From Octopus vulgaris (lineage: Eukaryota), in the NCBI GenBank assembly GCA_951406725.2, contig OX597827.1, forward strand, positions 21,948,001 through 22,012,000: a DNA stretch of 64,000 bases, written 5' to 3'. The notes beneath the pieces were generated by a model, which was given only the letters and a program-made list of their open reading frames with translations, had not been told where the DNA came from and ran no database searches. This document shows positions 25,186 to 38,692 of this stretch, in pieces. Within the stretch, counting starts at the first letter, position 1. The number at the start of each line of letters is the position of its first letter. Position numbers and translations under genes: made by a program.

Positions 25186-26130
25186 TCGAAAGGAACTCAG
25201 CCAGTTTGCCTCCGTCAGGCCCAATGCTCAAAACGAACTCAGCCACCTTGCCTCTGCCAGGCCCAATGCTCAAAACGAACTCAGCCACCTTGCCTCCGTC
25301 AGGCCCAATGCTCAAAACGAACTCAGCCACCTTGCCTCCGTCAGGCCCAATGCTCAAAACGAACTCAGCCACTTTGCCTCCATCAGGCCCAATGCTCAAA
25401 ACGAACTCAGCCACCTTGCCTCCGTCAGGCCCAATGCTCAAAACGAACTCAGCCACCTTGCCTCCGTCAGGCCCAATGCTCAAAACGAACTCAGCCACTT
25501 TGCCTCCATCAGGCCCAATGCTCAAAACGAACTCAGCCACTTTGCCTCCATCAGGCCCAATGCTCAAAACGAACTCAGCCACTTTGCCTCCGCCAGGCCC
25601 AATGCTCAAAACGAACTCAGCCACCTTGCCTCCGTCAGGCCCAATGCTCAAAACGAACTCAGCCACCTTGCCTCCGTGAGGCCCATGCTCAAAACGAACT
25701 CAGCCGCTTTGCCTCCATCAGGCCCAATGCTCAAAACGAACTCAGCCACTTTGCCTCCGCCAGGCCCAATGCTCAAAACGAACTCAGCCACCTTGCCTCC
25801 GTCAGGCCCAATGCTCAAAACGAACTCAGCCACCTTGCCTCCGTGAGGCCCATGCTCAAAACGAACTCAGCCGCTTTGCCTCCATCAGGCCCAATGCTCA
25901 AAACGAACTCAGCCACTTTGCCTCCGCCAGGCCCAATGCTCAAAACGAACTCAGCCACCTTGCCTCCGTCAGGCCCAATGCTCAAAACGAACTCAGCCAC
26001 CTTGCCTCCGTCAGGCCCAATGCTCAAAACGAACTCAGCCACCTTGCCTCCGTGAGGCCCATGCTCAAAACGAACTCAGCCGCTTTGCCTCCATCAGGCC
26101 CAATACTTAAAAGAACTTAACCACTTTGCA
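25186..26130. repeat. 42-bp minisatellite (~22 copies) with higher-order structure
   Basis: Unit AGGCCCAATGCTCAAAACGAACTCAGCCACCTTGCCTCCGTC; a 41-bp variant recurs at ~25676, ~25843 and ~26052. Confidence 0.95.
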
Positions 26131-27002
26131 TCTTCACCATCTTCTCTCTCTCCCCCTCCCTTCCTTTCTTCAACTGGGGTAGCCATGTATCTGCTCTGCT
26201 ACAAGAGCCCTGATGCTGTCCCTCTGTCATACCCTAACCTCTTATCACCTGGCACAAAGCCACCTCTCTCAATACAACCCTGCCCCACTCAACAGAGAGG
26301 CGAGTACTTAGTCACCTCGCCAGTACTGGTGTTACATAAAAAGAACCCAGTACACTCTGTAAATTGGTTGACATTAGGAAGAACTATGCCAAAGCAGACG
26401 GTCGGGCATAATGTAGTTCTCTGGCTCGTCAGTTCCTGTCAAACCGTCCAACCCATGCCAGCATGGAAAACGGGCGTTAGATACAAGATGATGATGCTGA
26501 TGATATATTCGTAGTACAAACGGCAAAACAGAACACAAAATACCACTTTTGAATTAACCAGCAAAAGTTAGAAAGTGACATAAAAGCCGAGGGTTTCGTA
26601 CATCGATAGTTACCAAACTGTGATAAATTCCAATACACGAATGTCTCAACCCATAAATTATGCAGATTATTAATAACACACACACACACACACACACATA
26701 TAAATACAGGCGCAGGCGTGGCTCTGTGGTAAGACGTTCGCTTCCCAAACATATTTTGGGTTCAGTCCCACTGCGTGGCACCTTGGGCTAGTCTCTTCTA
26801 CTATATCGTCGGCCCGACTAAAGCCTTGTTAGTGGATTTCATACATGTGTGTGTCTGCGCGCGTGAGTCCACGGCTTGTCAACCGGTGTTGGTGTGTTTA
26901 CGTCTCCCCTAAACAAGCGGTTCGGTAAAAAAAAATACCAGGCATAAAAAAGAAAACGAACTGAGGTCGATTTGTTCGACCAAAACTGTCCAAGGCGATG
27001 CC

Positions 27003-28451
27003 AGTACTACTAGCGAACAGTGGTCCCGGTGCGCGCACTCGCGCTAGCTAGTCGTAAGTAGTCGATCCCGCAACGTCTTTTTAACCCTAACCCTAACCTT
27101 AGTTTGTTTATAAAAATAAATTGGCGAAGTTTCGCATGTCGTAGATCAGATTTCCGTCGATTTCCGTAAAAAACTTTTATTTTTTTTACATAAGTAATGA
27201 GAGCGAAAGAGACTAAGAGGAAGCGATTTTACGACGAGAAGGTTTCACTTTGAAGTCGGCCTGTGTGTGTTTGATGGGGTGTGGGAGACAGACAGTATGT
27301 TGTGTAAGTGAAGTGCTTCTGTTAGTGTGTGCGAAGAGACAGAGAGAGTAATGTGTGAAAGAGAGAGATAACTGATTTTTTACTCGGTGTATGTGTATAT
27401 GTATGTATGCATGTATGTGTGTGTGTGTGTATGTATCTATGTATGTGTGTGTGTGTAAGTATGTGTGTGTGTATGTATGTATGTATGGCCGATTCATGCG
27501 TAATTTTTTACTCGGTGTATGTGTATATGTATGTCTGCATGTATGTGTGTGTGTGTATGTATCTATGTGTGTGTGTGTGTAAGTATGTGTGTGTGTATGT
27601 ATGTATGTATGTGTGTGTGTGTGTATGTATCTATGTATGTGTGTGTGTGTATGTATGTATGTATGGCCGATTCATAGTAATTTTTTACTCGGTGTATGTG
27701 TATATGTATGTCTGTCTCTTCACACACACTAACAGAAGCACTTCACTTACACAACATACTGTCTGTCTCCCACACCCCATCAAACACACACAGGCCGACT
27801 TCAAAGTGAAACCTTCTCGTCGTAAAATCGCTTCCTCTTAGTCTCTTTCGCTCTCATTACTTATGTAAAAAAATAAAAGTTTTTTACGGAAATCGACGGA
27901 AATCTGTGCTACTACAACCGAAACTATGCCAATAAATTATTTATTTACTTAGTTTAAAAAAATTATTTACTTTGCGTTTTATTTACTTTGTTCGAAAAAT
28001 ATTATTTAATTTTCTTTGATATGTTTTCAGCCTTGAAATACAAACATACGCGTAGGATCGACTACTTAGGTACTACTTGAGAACAGTGGTCCCGGTGCGC
28101 GCACTCGCGTAGTCGCGCATCCGCGCTAGCTAGTCGTGACTAGTCGATCCTAGAAAGACTACCTAGCAAGGTAAATAAAACACAAAATAAATAATGGATC
28201 TTTTCGCTTATAATAATTTTTTTACACAAAGTAAATAAAACACAAAAACACAAAGTAAATAATATTTTTAAACAAAGTAAATAACACAAAAATACAAAGC
28301 AAGGATCGACTAGTCACGACTAGCTAGCGCGGATGCGCGCGTACGCGAGTGCGCGCACCAGGACGACTGTTCTGGAGTAGTACCCTACATACGACTAGCT
28401 AGCGCGGATGCGCGAGTGCGCACACCGGGACCACTGTTCGCTAGTAGTACC
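27003..28451. mobile_element. Merlin-like non-autonomous DNA transposon with internal long IR (27119-27343 / 27711-27933) and (AACCCT)n
   Basis: TIR (A/G)GTACTACTAGCGAACAGTGGTCCCGGTG...; perfect 8-bp TSD GCGATGCC (26995-27002, 28452-28459). Confidence 0.85.
28069..28384. mobile_element. Related MITE nested in the right TIR of the element above
   Basis: GGTACTACTTGAGAACAGTGGTCCCGG...GACTGTTCTGGAGTAGTACC; flanks CTACTTA / CTACATA. Confidence 0.8.
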
Positions 28452-28867
28452 GCGATGCCCCAGCATGGTCGCAGCCTAAAGGCCACATGATTGCTAAAAT
28501 AGAAGAGAGTAATTGACACCGAAGTCTTAAGGAAGCCGTTCGCATCGAGTTGTCTCCCCCTGCCGTCCGATGTCTTGGTGTTTACCAACATCGAAGGCAA
28601 GAGACCTGGGTTCCTCCTCTATGTCGACCTTCCAACCAATTCGCTTCTGTAGCCACATCCTACAACTGTTTACGATTCTTTTACTTTAGGATTTGTTTTA
28701 ATTTTCAATATTGTTTTTTTTTTTTGATGTTTTGTTTTTGATCATCTTTGTTGGAGGAAATGATATTTCTTATGTTTGGATGCTTTACGTCGACACACAA
28801 TGGAAGTAGTCTAAGCTGTGGAACATCAAATTCTTTACAAAGGTAAAAGTACATAACACACACACAC

Positions 28868-28927
<60 letters not shown>

Positions 28928-29007
28928 GACACAAATATATTTATACATATATCTGTATTTTTATAGTCTTATTTTGTTTCGGCCCTCCCCTTTATGTGTA
29001 TTACAAG

Positions 29008-29058
<51 letters not shown>

Positions 29059-29089
29059 AAAAAGAGATTTTGTTTATATAGCTATTGAC

Positions 29090-29131
<42 letters not shown>

Positions 29132-31116
29132 ATACATACACACAAAACACACACACGCATGTGTTTAATACACGCTCAACTCATATTTATGTATGTGTGT
29201 GTTACTGTAATATCTTGTTTTTAAAAAATTACTGGCAATGATTTCGTAAATTTTAAAATCTTGTAGATACACACACACACACACACTGCGAAGACTCTTA
29301 TAAGGATTCGTCTCCTTCCTAAATGTCCCGAAGGATTATTTGTGGTCGCTTTCAAAAGTCCAGTTTGGAAGGTTTCTGTCTTATACCTGGAAGGTCCTGG
29401 TTGGATAGGATGTTGCTGTCAGATATGGCACGGGACGATTTAAACACGTGCATTTGAAGCTGAATGGATCGATCGTCCATCTAAACCCCTTATAATGAAA
29501 TATATTACATCCTCACCCCCACCCCGTTGTCATATTGGAATTTTGGCGATTCCACAACTGTTTAGTATCAGATCATCCCAGATGAAATTTTATCCACATC
29601 TCTCCTTTTCCTTCTACGTGTTTTTCGCAGCCATCCGAAAGATCCTTCTTTTTTAAGGTGGTAAGGAGATTTAGCTGCAATTTCTAGGAGGCCGAGGTGT
29701 CTCATAGGTGTCACCCTCACCAGCCAGTGTTCTCATGTGTTAAAAGAATTAAGCTTACAGACAGTACATGATATCAGTAAAAGGACTCGAATATTTTGTT
29801 TGTTAATTTAACAGCTGAATTCAACTCGAGCCACTCTCCATTCAACAAAGAATATAGGAAGTGAGTCTATGAGGTCTCCATGTAAGATTAATTAATTATA
29901 CTTATTACGTTATTTTAACTTTCTTTTTAATCATTTAATCAGAGGAGGAGGTGTAGCCTACATGCCTTTTTCCGAAATTAGTGGAACAATGAGCGTATTA
30001 TCCCCGGATTAGGGATCTGACCTCAACGCATACAGCAGAATGAACTTGAATAAAGACACCTAAGTGTCATATGGCGGTGTTAAACCGGACAACTGATTTA
30101 ATCTGCCACCCAAGAACGGGAATAAACCCATGAACAGCCCCCCCCCACACACACGTTTCAATCCTTAAATTTCACTTGCAATGAAAGACACTTACTCAAA
30201 GTGCTGTGCAACGGGATTGAACCTAAAACACATGGTTGAAAAGTGAACCTGTTAACATGTCTGCACTTGTTTATGTACACACTAATTGTGGGATGCAATG
30301 AATGATTGTGGACTTGTAGATGAAAAATGTAATGTGTGAAATTACGTGAACGCAAGCCGTGGATTCAATGTGTTTCTGAAAACTATTTCTACGTTATCTA
30401 AATTACACCTCAGTTGTCAGGTAGGTTGGCTGAGCACCTGGCAGTGGTGAAACACCAGACATCATCCGTTGAACATCCAGGGAGAAATTCTGTTTTACTT
30501 CAACACCCGTTTCGTAAGAAGGGTATCATATAATGAATTTACAAGGAAAAGGGCACGGAATTACGGAGAGGCAGAAATGTCAGAAACTACATTTTGTGGA
30601 CAAAAAATTATTTCGCAGAAGGAAACACCCACCCAATTCATCGCTCTTTCCTTTCTCCATGAAGCAGTGACAGCTATTTGGAAAGATGGATGTAAGAGTA
30701 ACAATTTATTTGAAATTCAGGCCAAAGCACTGGTTCTTTAGACTTAAAAAGAATTGTCATCGCTCTCTTCTGGCCACTCTCATAAGAGGTTCCGAACTCC
30801 ATGCAATAGGCTAATACAGCAGTTACCAACTACACTGTTCTGCTTATGATTGTTATTGCAGGTATTTGAAATCCTCCACCACCAGTGAAACCTCTATGTG
30901 GTCGCCTGACCTGGCTAAAATAAATTTACCTGAAATTACTCCGTATTGTTTACAAAAGAACACATTGGATAATGGGGACCTAATCGCAACATGGTGGCCA
31001 CGGCTGGTATACCTTTCATCGTATGATCGTTTAATTTCTTCTCAAATAACTTCCATTGTCATGCCTTGTATGTTAGTGTAACTGGGATTAAATGATATCT
31101 CAAAACATGCTAAACG

Positions 31117-31500
31117 TATTTCTTTCCTACCCACAAGGGGCTAAACACAGAGGGGACAAACAAGGACAGACAAACGGATTACGTTGATTATATCGACCCC
31201 AGTGCGTAACTGGTACTTATTTAATCGACCCCGAAAGGATGAAAGGCAAAGCCGATCTCGGTGGGATTTGAACTCAGAACGTAGCGGCAGAAGAAATACC
31301 TATCTCTTTATTACCCACAAGGGGCTAAACACAGAGGACAAACAAGGACAGACATAGGTATTAAGTCGATTATATCGACCCCAGTGCGTAACTGGTACTT
31401 AATTTATCGACCCCCGAAAGGATGAAAGGCAAAGTCGACCTTAGCGGAATTTGAACTCACAACGTAACGGCAGACGAAATACCGCTGAACATTTTGCCCA
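31117..31500 (-). mobile_element. SINE family B, tandem partial dimer
   Basis: Two copies of CCCACAAGGGGCTAAACACAGAG...GAAAGGATGAAAGGCAAAG...TTTGAACTCA; homologous to 55410-55628. Confidence 0.85.
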
Positions 31501-31743
31501 GACAAGTCATCTAAGGGAAGAGCTACATTAAACTTCTAACTGCTGTCCGAAACACCTTTCATATTTATTAAGAATATATATTTATCGATGGAGTTAAAGT
31601 CTGGAAAACGAAAACATTTAATAATATATACTTTCACTGAGACATAACCGAGCAATTATCATACATCTGCTTATCTCCCTTCGCCTTCACTCTTCACTGC
31701 AGAGTCCCAAACAGTACAATTCATCCCTTTTAATGTTTGTAAT

Positions 31744-31873
31744 GTAAGATGGCGGGAAAAGGGGTACGAAGGATTTTGAAGAACGGCAGTATTTGATCCA
31801 TCAGCTATTTGTTTTCGCTGCTGTTTTTAAAACTATGTTCTTGCAATACACTTTTATTTATTAAGTTTTGCTT
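31744..31873 (+). promoter_or_regulatory. Candidate TSS / non-coding first exon
   Basis: YY1-type AAGATGGCGG motif in a CpG-retaining region, followed by the donor-like CTT|GTAAGTA at 31873/31874. Confidence 0.4.
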
Positions 31874-32082
31874 GTAAGTAAATATGCTTACCATTTCGCT
31901 TTCCTTTCTTAATCTAACGTAGCATTAAAAAATGTTTTAATGATTCTCAAATAAACTCCCTCTCACGACTATTTTTTTTTCTCTTCAAAACATTTCAAAA
32001 TTTAGAGTTTTGAACTGTTTTGCTTTATGGGATTCAGGATTCTAAGCTTTTCGTCTTTTAAGCTTTCATTATTCTGACCCTC

Positions 32083-32467
32083 TTTACTCTTTTACTTGTT
32101 TCAGTCATTTGACTGCGGCCATGCCGGAGCACCGCCTTTAACCGAGAAAATCGACCCCAGGACTTATTCTTTGTAAGCCTAGTACTTATTCTATCGGTCT
32201 CTTTTGCCGAAACGCCAAGTTACGGGGACGTAAACACACAAGCATCGGTTGTCAAACGATGTTGGGGGACAAACATATACACACACACATATATATATAT
32301 ACATATATACGACGAGCTTCTTTCAGTTTCCGCCTGCCAAATCCACTCACAAGGCTTTGGTCGGTCCGATACTATAGTAGATGACACTTGCCCAATGTGC
32401 CACGCAGTGGGACTGAACTCGGAACCATGTGGTTGGTGAGCAAGCTACTTACCACACAGCCACTCCT
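32083..32467 (-). mobile_element. SINE family A
   Basis: Reverse-complement homologue of 4082-4510, with CpGs retained. Confidence 0.85.
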
Positions 32468-32479
32468 TCGGGACTCTCT

Positions 32480-33235
32480 ATATAACTTAGATATGCTTCA
32501 ACAAAAGATTGACTCGGGCCATGTCTAACTTAATAGCAACACCTGATAGGATTAGCTAAATCCTTTTTTAAGTCAAGTTTTGTGGTATCATGGTCCATTC
32601 GAGTAGGGAGTTCTTGTTGAGTGAGTTGTATTCAGATATAGGTGACTTATCTGGTATCCCTTGAAGAAATTTGTCCAGATTCCGTTTAAAGGTGATGGGA
32701 TCCTTTTTTCTTTGATCTGTTTTGGGACAATGTTAAATAAGGCAGGGCCTGTTAAGAAAAACGCATTGTGTTGCAGTGTATTTATGTATTGTGATCCTGA
32801 ATTGGGTAGGGGACGTATGGCCCGTGGTCCTAGCCTAGGATGAATCTTGAAGCTAATGCTGAGGTCGTTTGCGCAATGCTGGTAGTATATTCTCCACATC
32901 CTGCGAATGTTATATCATTCACGGCAGCGCTGGGGAGAATAGAGTTCCAATGCTCTAAGGTGGTCCCAATAATTGAGATCAGTCATGCCCTTAATTCTTT
33001 TAGTGAATGACCTCTGGGGTGATTCGATTTTCAAGCTGTTTTGTATTGTATGGGGAGACCACAAGGGGCAGCAGTATTCAAGGTGTGGCCGTACAAAGGA
33101 GGAGAAAAGAGGACTGATAACACCTTGTTCTCTGGATGGGAAGGTTCTTAGGATCCAGGAGCTCATCCTACGAGCTATATCGACCTTATTGTTGATGTGG
33201 GCACTCCAGCTGAGATTGTTATCAACTCCTAGGTT
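32480..33235 (-). mobile_element. CR1-group LINE 3' fragment
   Basis: LGVDNNLSWSAHI...WILRTF.SRE...LFSSFVRPHLEYCCPLWSP...IESPQRSFTKRI.GM..LNYW..L..L.LYS.QR..E; GPALFNIVPK. Confidence 0.85.
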
Positions 33236-34407
33236 GCTGATATTAGATGCTACAATACATACATAGAGGGTACGATGAGTAAATTGTTGCCGGTTCATAT
33301 TTTAATTTTGCGCATGTGCATTGTTTTTGATTTTGTCGACTTACACAGTGGGTCCATTCAGGGTTTCAAGGCAGAATTGGAAGCACAAATTATCAGCCTT
33401 TCTGAATATGAAGCATAAACTCCTTAACCATGGAGGGTGTGTGTGCTCTGAGAAAGCACCCAATAGACTATGTAAAGCAGTTGGCATTAGGAAAGGCATC
33501 CAGCAATGGAAGCCATGCTACAACAAGCTTGGGTCACAATGCAATCCTTGGGTTTGTTAGCTGTTCTTGAATTACCCAACCTATCCCAGCATGAAGAGCA
33601 GATGTTGAATGATTATGATGATGATCACATGTGTGTGTTGTTAATGTGAGGGTAATTGAGAAAGAATGAAATGAATACACTCTTTTGTCATTCGGTAAGT
33701 AATGAGAGTGAGCAAGACATAGATAAATAGAAAGTGACAGTGTAGAGAAAGAAGCAACATGAAGTTGATAGAGATTATTAGAGAGAGAGAATAAGCAGAA
33801 GTAGGCAAGGAAGGAGTGGAAATGTTTATAGGTGAAAGAGCGGGAGTGAGGTGATGAGGTGGGGGTTGAGGCAGATATTTCTGTCTAGTTTTATAACACT
33901 GTCACTCACCATCCCTACTACTGCCTCCACAACAACAACAACAAAATCCATTTCCCAATCTAATAACAGTGTAATCAATATTGAGATTTATCTATTTACA
34001 TCTAAGCCATGAAGGTTTCAAATCTGTGTTAATCCTAAATCTTCAGCAGTTGACTGTAGCACACTCACTACAGTGACAACAACAACAACACTTGAAAAAG
34101 AAACATTAGTAGAAGGCCACAAAATCATAATAGGGACGACAGAGTCCAATTAAATCAACCCTTGTACATGGCAGGGTTTTGAGGGCCCTTTTTTATTGAT
34201 TCCAGGAGAGATGTAAGACAAAATCAACCACGGCAAAATTTGAACTCAATCTGTTGAAAAATGCTACTAAACGGTGCAATATATTTATTCAAGCATTCTA
34301 GATTGCTTTGGTTTTTTTTTTTAGATATAATAAGCCTTCTTTAGTGATACCTAGTGTTTTAATAAATGTACTGATTTGGCAATGTTCTAGAGAGACTGCA
34401 TCTGAGT

Positions 34408-34915
34408 CAGTGGTGCTCAACAGATTTTTACCTGTGATGGTTCTGGTGCCACGTAAAAAAACACTCAGTCCACTCTGTGAGGTGGGTGGTGTTAGGAAGG
34501 GCATCCAGCTGTAAAAGCCTTGCCAAAACAGACAGGGAAACCTGGTGCAGTCTTCTGCCTAGCCAGCCCCTGTCAAACCATCCAACACATGCCAGCATGG
34601 AAAAACGGACCTTAAATGATGATGATGATTACTAATTTACTCTGGTGGACCTCCATTACCACTCACAGTTTAAAAACTAAATTCTATAGACATTTTTTCC
34701 AAAATTCTTCTTTTGCTTTTCGCACATTAATTCAGTGTAGACTGACCCATGTAAAACTTCAGAGAAGAAAGAAACCTTTGCTGTTTCTTGTAATAAATAC
34801 ATCTATAGCAAAACCTTTTCATGGACCCTTAATATACTACTATGGATCCCCAATTCACTATTTTGCTCGTGTAGACCCCTAAAAATCTTATAAAGATCCT
34901 GGTTGTGAACCACTG
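34408..34915. mobile_element. hAT-Charlie-like MITE with an RTE tail (34430-34630) inserted
   Basis: CAGTGGTGCTCAAC ... GTTGTGAACCACTG termini; TSD not recognisable. Confidence 0.5.
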
Positions 34916-35413
34916 GATACAGAAGGACCTCCCTCTAGGAGTCATATACCAAGGGTATATAAGACCCTGTCCAACTGTCATTCTCAACTTATAGATGAAC
35001 TTAGAGTGGTCCCCTACCTTTTAAATTCACTTGAGGATAGCACCTCCCTCTCAGCTTTCACCTTCCTTTTCAAGTGAAACTTGATACAGTTGAGAGCTTG
35101 ACCAAAGAGGAAAGTATTTGCCCTTAACCCTTTCAGTCTTGTCCACTTTGTAACTTCTTTTGCTGTAGTCACCACACAGGCTTGGGGCAATCATCATCAT
35201 CACCATCATCGACTTGGCTTATCTATCCAAATCTATCTCATGCACGACTACTGTTGTTTGACATTATGCTGCAAGTCAGCAATTCTTTGAACTTTTGACT
35301 TGGATTTTTTTTATTATTATTACTCCAGTTATGGTCTCTAGTGACAACTTTGTTTTGGCCCTGTTGCATAATGAGGTTTCTGAATCTTCTCAAATCTATG
35401 CCTGGAGGAGGTA

Positions 35414-35621
35414 CAGCAATCCCTCGCCGTATCGCGGTTCACCTATTTAAGCCTACGTTGATTCCCCCGTGGTGTTGTTTTGCATTTATAATAAAATAAA
35501 TATATAAACATTATAAAAATAATAACAATAAAAAATATACAGTACTGTTTCTACTTCATGGATTTTCACCTCTTGTGGGTGATTTTGGAACATAACACCC
35601 ATAATAGTTGAGGGATTACTG
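35414..35621. mobile_element. pogo/Tigger-like MITE
   Basis: TA|CAGCAATCCCTCG ... TGAGGGATTACTG|TG. Confidence 0.7.
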
Positions 35622-35821
35622 TGGAGGTTTGTGTGTGCATGAGGTTCCTCCTTTTTGTTGTGGGCAGAGAAATTTCAAATGGCTGGTGTTACCATACATA
35701 TGGCACCTTGAACTTTTGTCTTCTTTCGTAACATACAGTTGGTGCTCATTTGGGAGCTCTATAAAGAGTAGAATGTTGTCAGAGTTTTCTGGTCTAACAT
35801 GGATGAAGACCTTGTTGTTGT

Positions 35822-36111
35822 TTGTTCCTTCTCAAGCCATGCGTGTCACATAAGGGCTGGTTTCCTTGGCATATAGGTTCCCCGCCTGGACGGGACACCG
35901 GTCCGTCGCAGGTGAGCTGCAGGATGCAGGAGGAAAGAGTGAGAGAAAGTTGTGACAAAAGAGTCAGCAGAAGTTCACCATTACCTTCTGCCGGAGCCGC
36001 GTGGAGCTTAGGTGTTTCGCTCATAAACACACACATTACCCGGTCTGAGATTCGAATTCACGATCCCTCGACCACGAGTCGGCTGCTTTAACTACTAGGC
36101 CATGTGCCTCC
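35822..36111 (-). mobile_element. tRNA-derived SINE family C (further copies 37675-37949 and 37956-38188)
   Basis: Minus-strand head GGAGGCACATGGCCTAGT.GTTA.AGCAG...TTCGAATCTCAGACCGGG with A/B boxes; body repeated at 37675. Confidence 0.85.
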
Positions 36112-37261
36112 ATGGATGAGGACTTGCAACCCTCTGATAGATCCGTTTTCCTGGTGACGCTTTTTAATGTCTGGAAATGAGTTCCTTCTAGAACAATACA
36201 CACCACCATTCACCAGATGTTCAATTCTGGTAGTACATCCCATACTTTTATTTTTATTAATTACCTGCCTTTCTATATTAAAATGAGGACAAAATCCTCA
36301 CTCTTGCTTGAGACAGTTGAATGCCTCAGAGACTATGCTTCTAAAAGGAGTCTTACTGTGATGCTGCCATTCTAGTTTTTGGTTCTACAAATGAAGTGAG
36401 TATCACATAATATTCCTCTCAATTACTTCTCCATTTGGCCATACTTCTCCATTTCTGCTTTTAACTCACAATGGTATATATTATGCTTCTATTGGCCATT
36501 CTTTGTCTTGAAGCTCTAAGTGCCAATGTGGCTCTCCTGTTGTCAGTACAGACAAGTTCTTACACTTAAGTGAGTATGCTTCTTCTCCATACATTATGCA
36601 GTTGTTTGGGGTTTCCTTTTTTTTTTTTTTGGCCTTTGTTGTGCTTTTAGTTAAATTGCTGCTGGATCTAAGTGAAATCAGCCATGGTTGTGGGTGTGGT
36701 GGTGGGTATTATTTGTATTGTTATAGTTTGTCATCTTTGAAACCATGAATCTTGGCAAATGTTCGTTATATTCCCATGTGATTCCAATGTTCTTGTTGCT
36801 GGTGTTGTTTCCGTTTATGCTGCTTCTGTTACTGTCACTGTTTTTTTACTCTCTCGATATTTTACAGTTGTCTTTCTTCTTGGTGCTCTTTAATGCTTTT
36901 ATTATTTTGGGGGTAGTTGCTGCTTCATTTACCACAAATACTCTGGTTGCCTTCTTTGGGTGTCAAAGAATCTATAGAAAGCAGTGCTGTGATGACGATA
37001 GTATCTCTATTCCCAAATCAACTCAATCTGGATGATGGCCTCTGAGCATTACAAGTGGATGTGTAAGAAGCTTTTCTTTTGGAAAAACTTCCTCTAAATG
37101 AATGCTTTGTTAACAGAGAAACTCCGCTTTCCATATTGGTCAGTCTTTCAATAAGATTGTCAAGAAGGAACAAAGTGAATATAACAGAAAATATATGAAA
37201 CACACAGACACACAGAATTCTGTGATGTTCAGGGCAAATACCAATAATGATAATAATAATA

Positions 37262-37627
37262 ATAAGAGCACTCAGAGAGCGCAAATCTCCGCCAAGGCAA
37301 CAGCAGCGTCCTCTCAACAATTAGCCAGAGATGATTTTTAAAATGAGAATATCTGAAATAAATTCAACTGCTCTCACAAATGAGAATACTAAAAATGAAC
37401 CCAACCACTCTCGAAAATTAAGTAAAGAAACATGGAAAATAATCCAGAATCCTTGTCTGGTACTGAATTGATCCCAAAATCTAATCAGTTCTTGCCAGTC
37501 ATGAGGTCAAACATCCCTGAAAGTTTCATTCGAATCCATCCAGCAATTCTTGAGATATCTTGTCCATGGACAAACAATCACACATAACTGAAAACAATAC
37601 CTCTACCTTCCCTATGGTAGAGGTAAT
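37262..37627 (+). mobile_element. Helitron/Helentron-like non-autonomous element in (AAT)n
   Basis: 5' CTCCGCCAAGG, 3' hairpin TACCTCTACC...GGTAGAGGTA, flanked by (AAT)n. Confidence 0.5.
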
Positions 37628-38692
37628 GATAATAATAATAATAATAATTTCATCCTTTAGGAGGAACAGTTGATTGTTCCTTCTCAAGCCATACCTAGCT
37701 CATAAGGGCTGGTTTCCCAGTTTCCTTGGCATATGGGTTCCCCTCCTGGACAGGTGAGCCGCAAGATGCAGGAGGAAAGAGTGAGAGAAAGTTGTAGCGA
37801 AAGAGTCAGCAGAAGTTCGCCATTACCTTCTGCTGGAGACATGTGGAGCTTAGGTGTTTCGCTCATAAACATATCGTCCAGTCTGAAATTCAAACCCGCA
37901 ATCCCTCGACCGCGAGTCTGCTGCTCTAACCACTAGGCCATGTGCCTCCACAAAATGTTCCTTCTCAAGCCATGCCAGGCTCATAAGGGCCGGTTTCCCA
38001 GTTTCAGTAGCGTAGAAATTCCCCCACCTGGACGGGACACCGGTCTGTCACAGGATTTCTCATTTTTGCCAGCTAAGTGGATTGGAGCTACGTGAAAATG
38101 AAGTGAACACAATGCATCGCCCAGTCTAGGAATCGAAACCACAACCTTACAATCATGAGTTCAACACCCTAACCACTAAGCCATGCACAATAATAATAAT
38201 AAGGGTTTCTAATTCTGGCACAAGGTCAGCAATTTCAGCAGGGTGGGGGTGGTAAGTTGACTACATCGATCTTAGTACTCAACTGGTACTTCTTTTATCG
38301 ACTTTGAAAGGATGAAAGCAAAGTCAACCTCAGCAGAATTTGAACTCAGATCGTTAAGTTGTAAGAAATGTTGCTAAGCATTTTGTCTGGCACAGTAACA
38401 ATTCTGTCGGTTTTCAATAAAATAAGTACTAGTTGAGCACTGAGGCTGAAGTAATTGACTTACCCCCTCCTCTTGAAATTGTTTGCCTTGTGCCAAAATT
38501 TGGAGCCAATATCTGTCGTTCTATAATGCCATAGGGTTGGATAGATATCACATTTTGGTAGCTGTCTTTGATAATCTAAGAGTCAGGCCTCACACCTTGC
38601 CACATCTTAATTTGCGACAAATATCTTTCATTAAGCACTTATAATCTATTTAGATCACATTCTTCATCAATTCAGATCATATATTTAACACA

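Larger units (their letters stand above)
26709..28511 (+). mobile_element. SINE family A split by a DNA transposon insertion
   Basis: The SINE reads through AAGGCGATGCC|CCAGCATGG once 27003-28459 is removed. Confidence 0.85.

Noticed and set aside
25034-26055. 14-aa repeat protein or CRISPR-like array
   Set aside because: Head-to-tail 42-bp minisatellite with no unique spacers and no cas genes; open in multiple frames.
35990-36111. tRNA gene
   Set aside because: The tRNA-like head is continuous with a repeated SINE body, and no full cloverleaf is seen.
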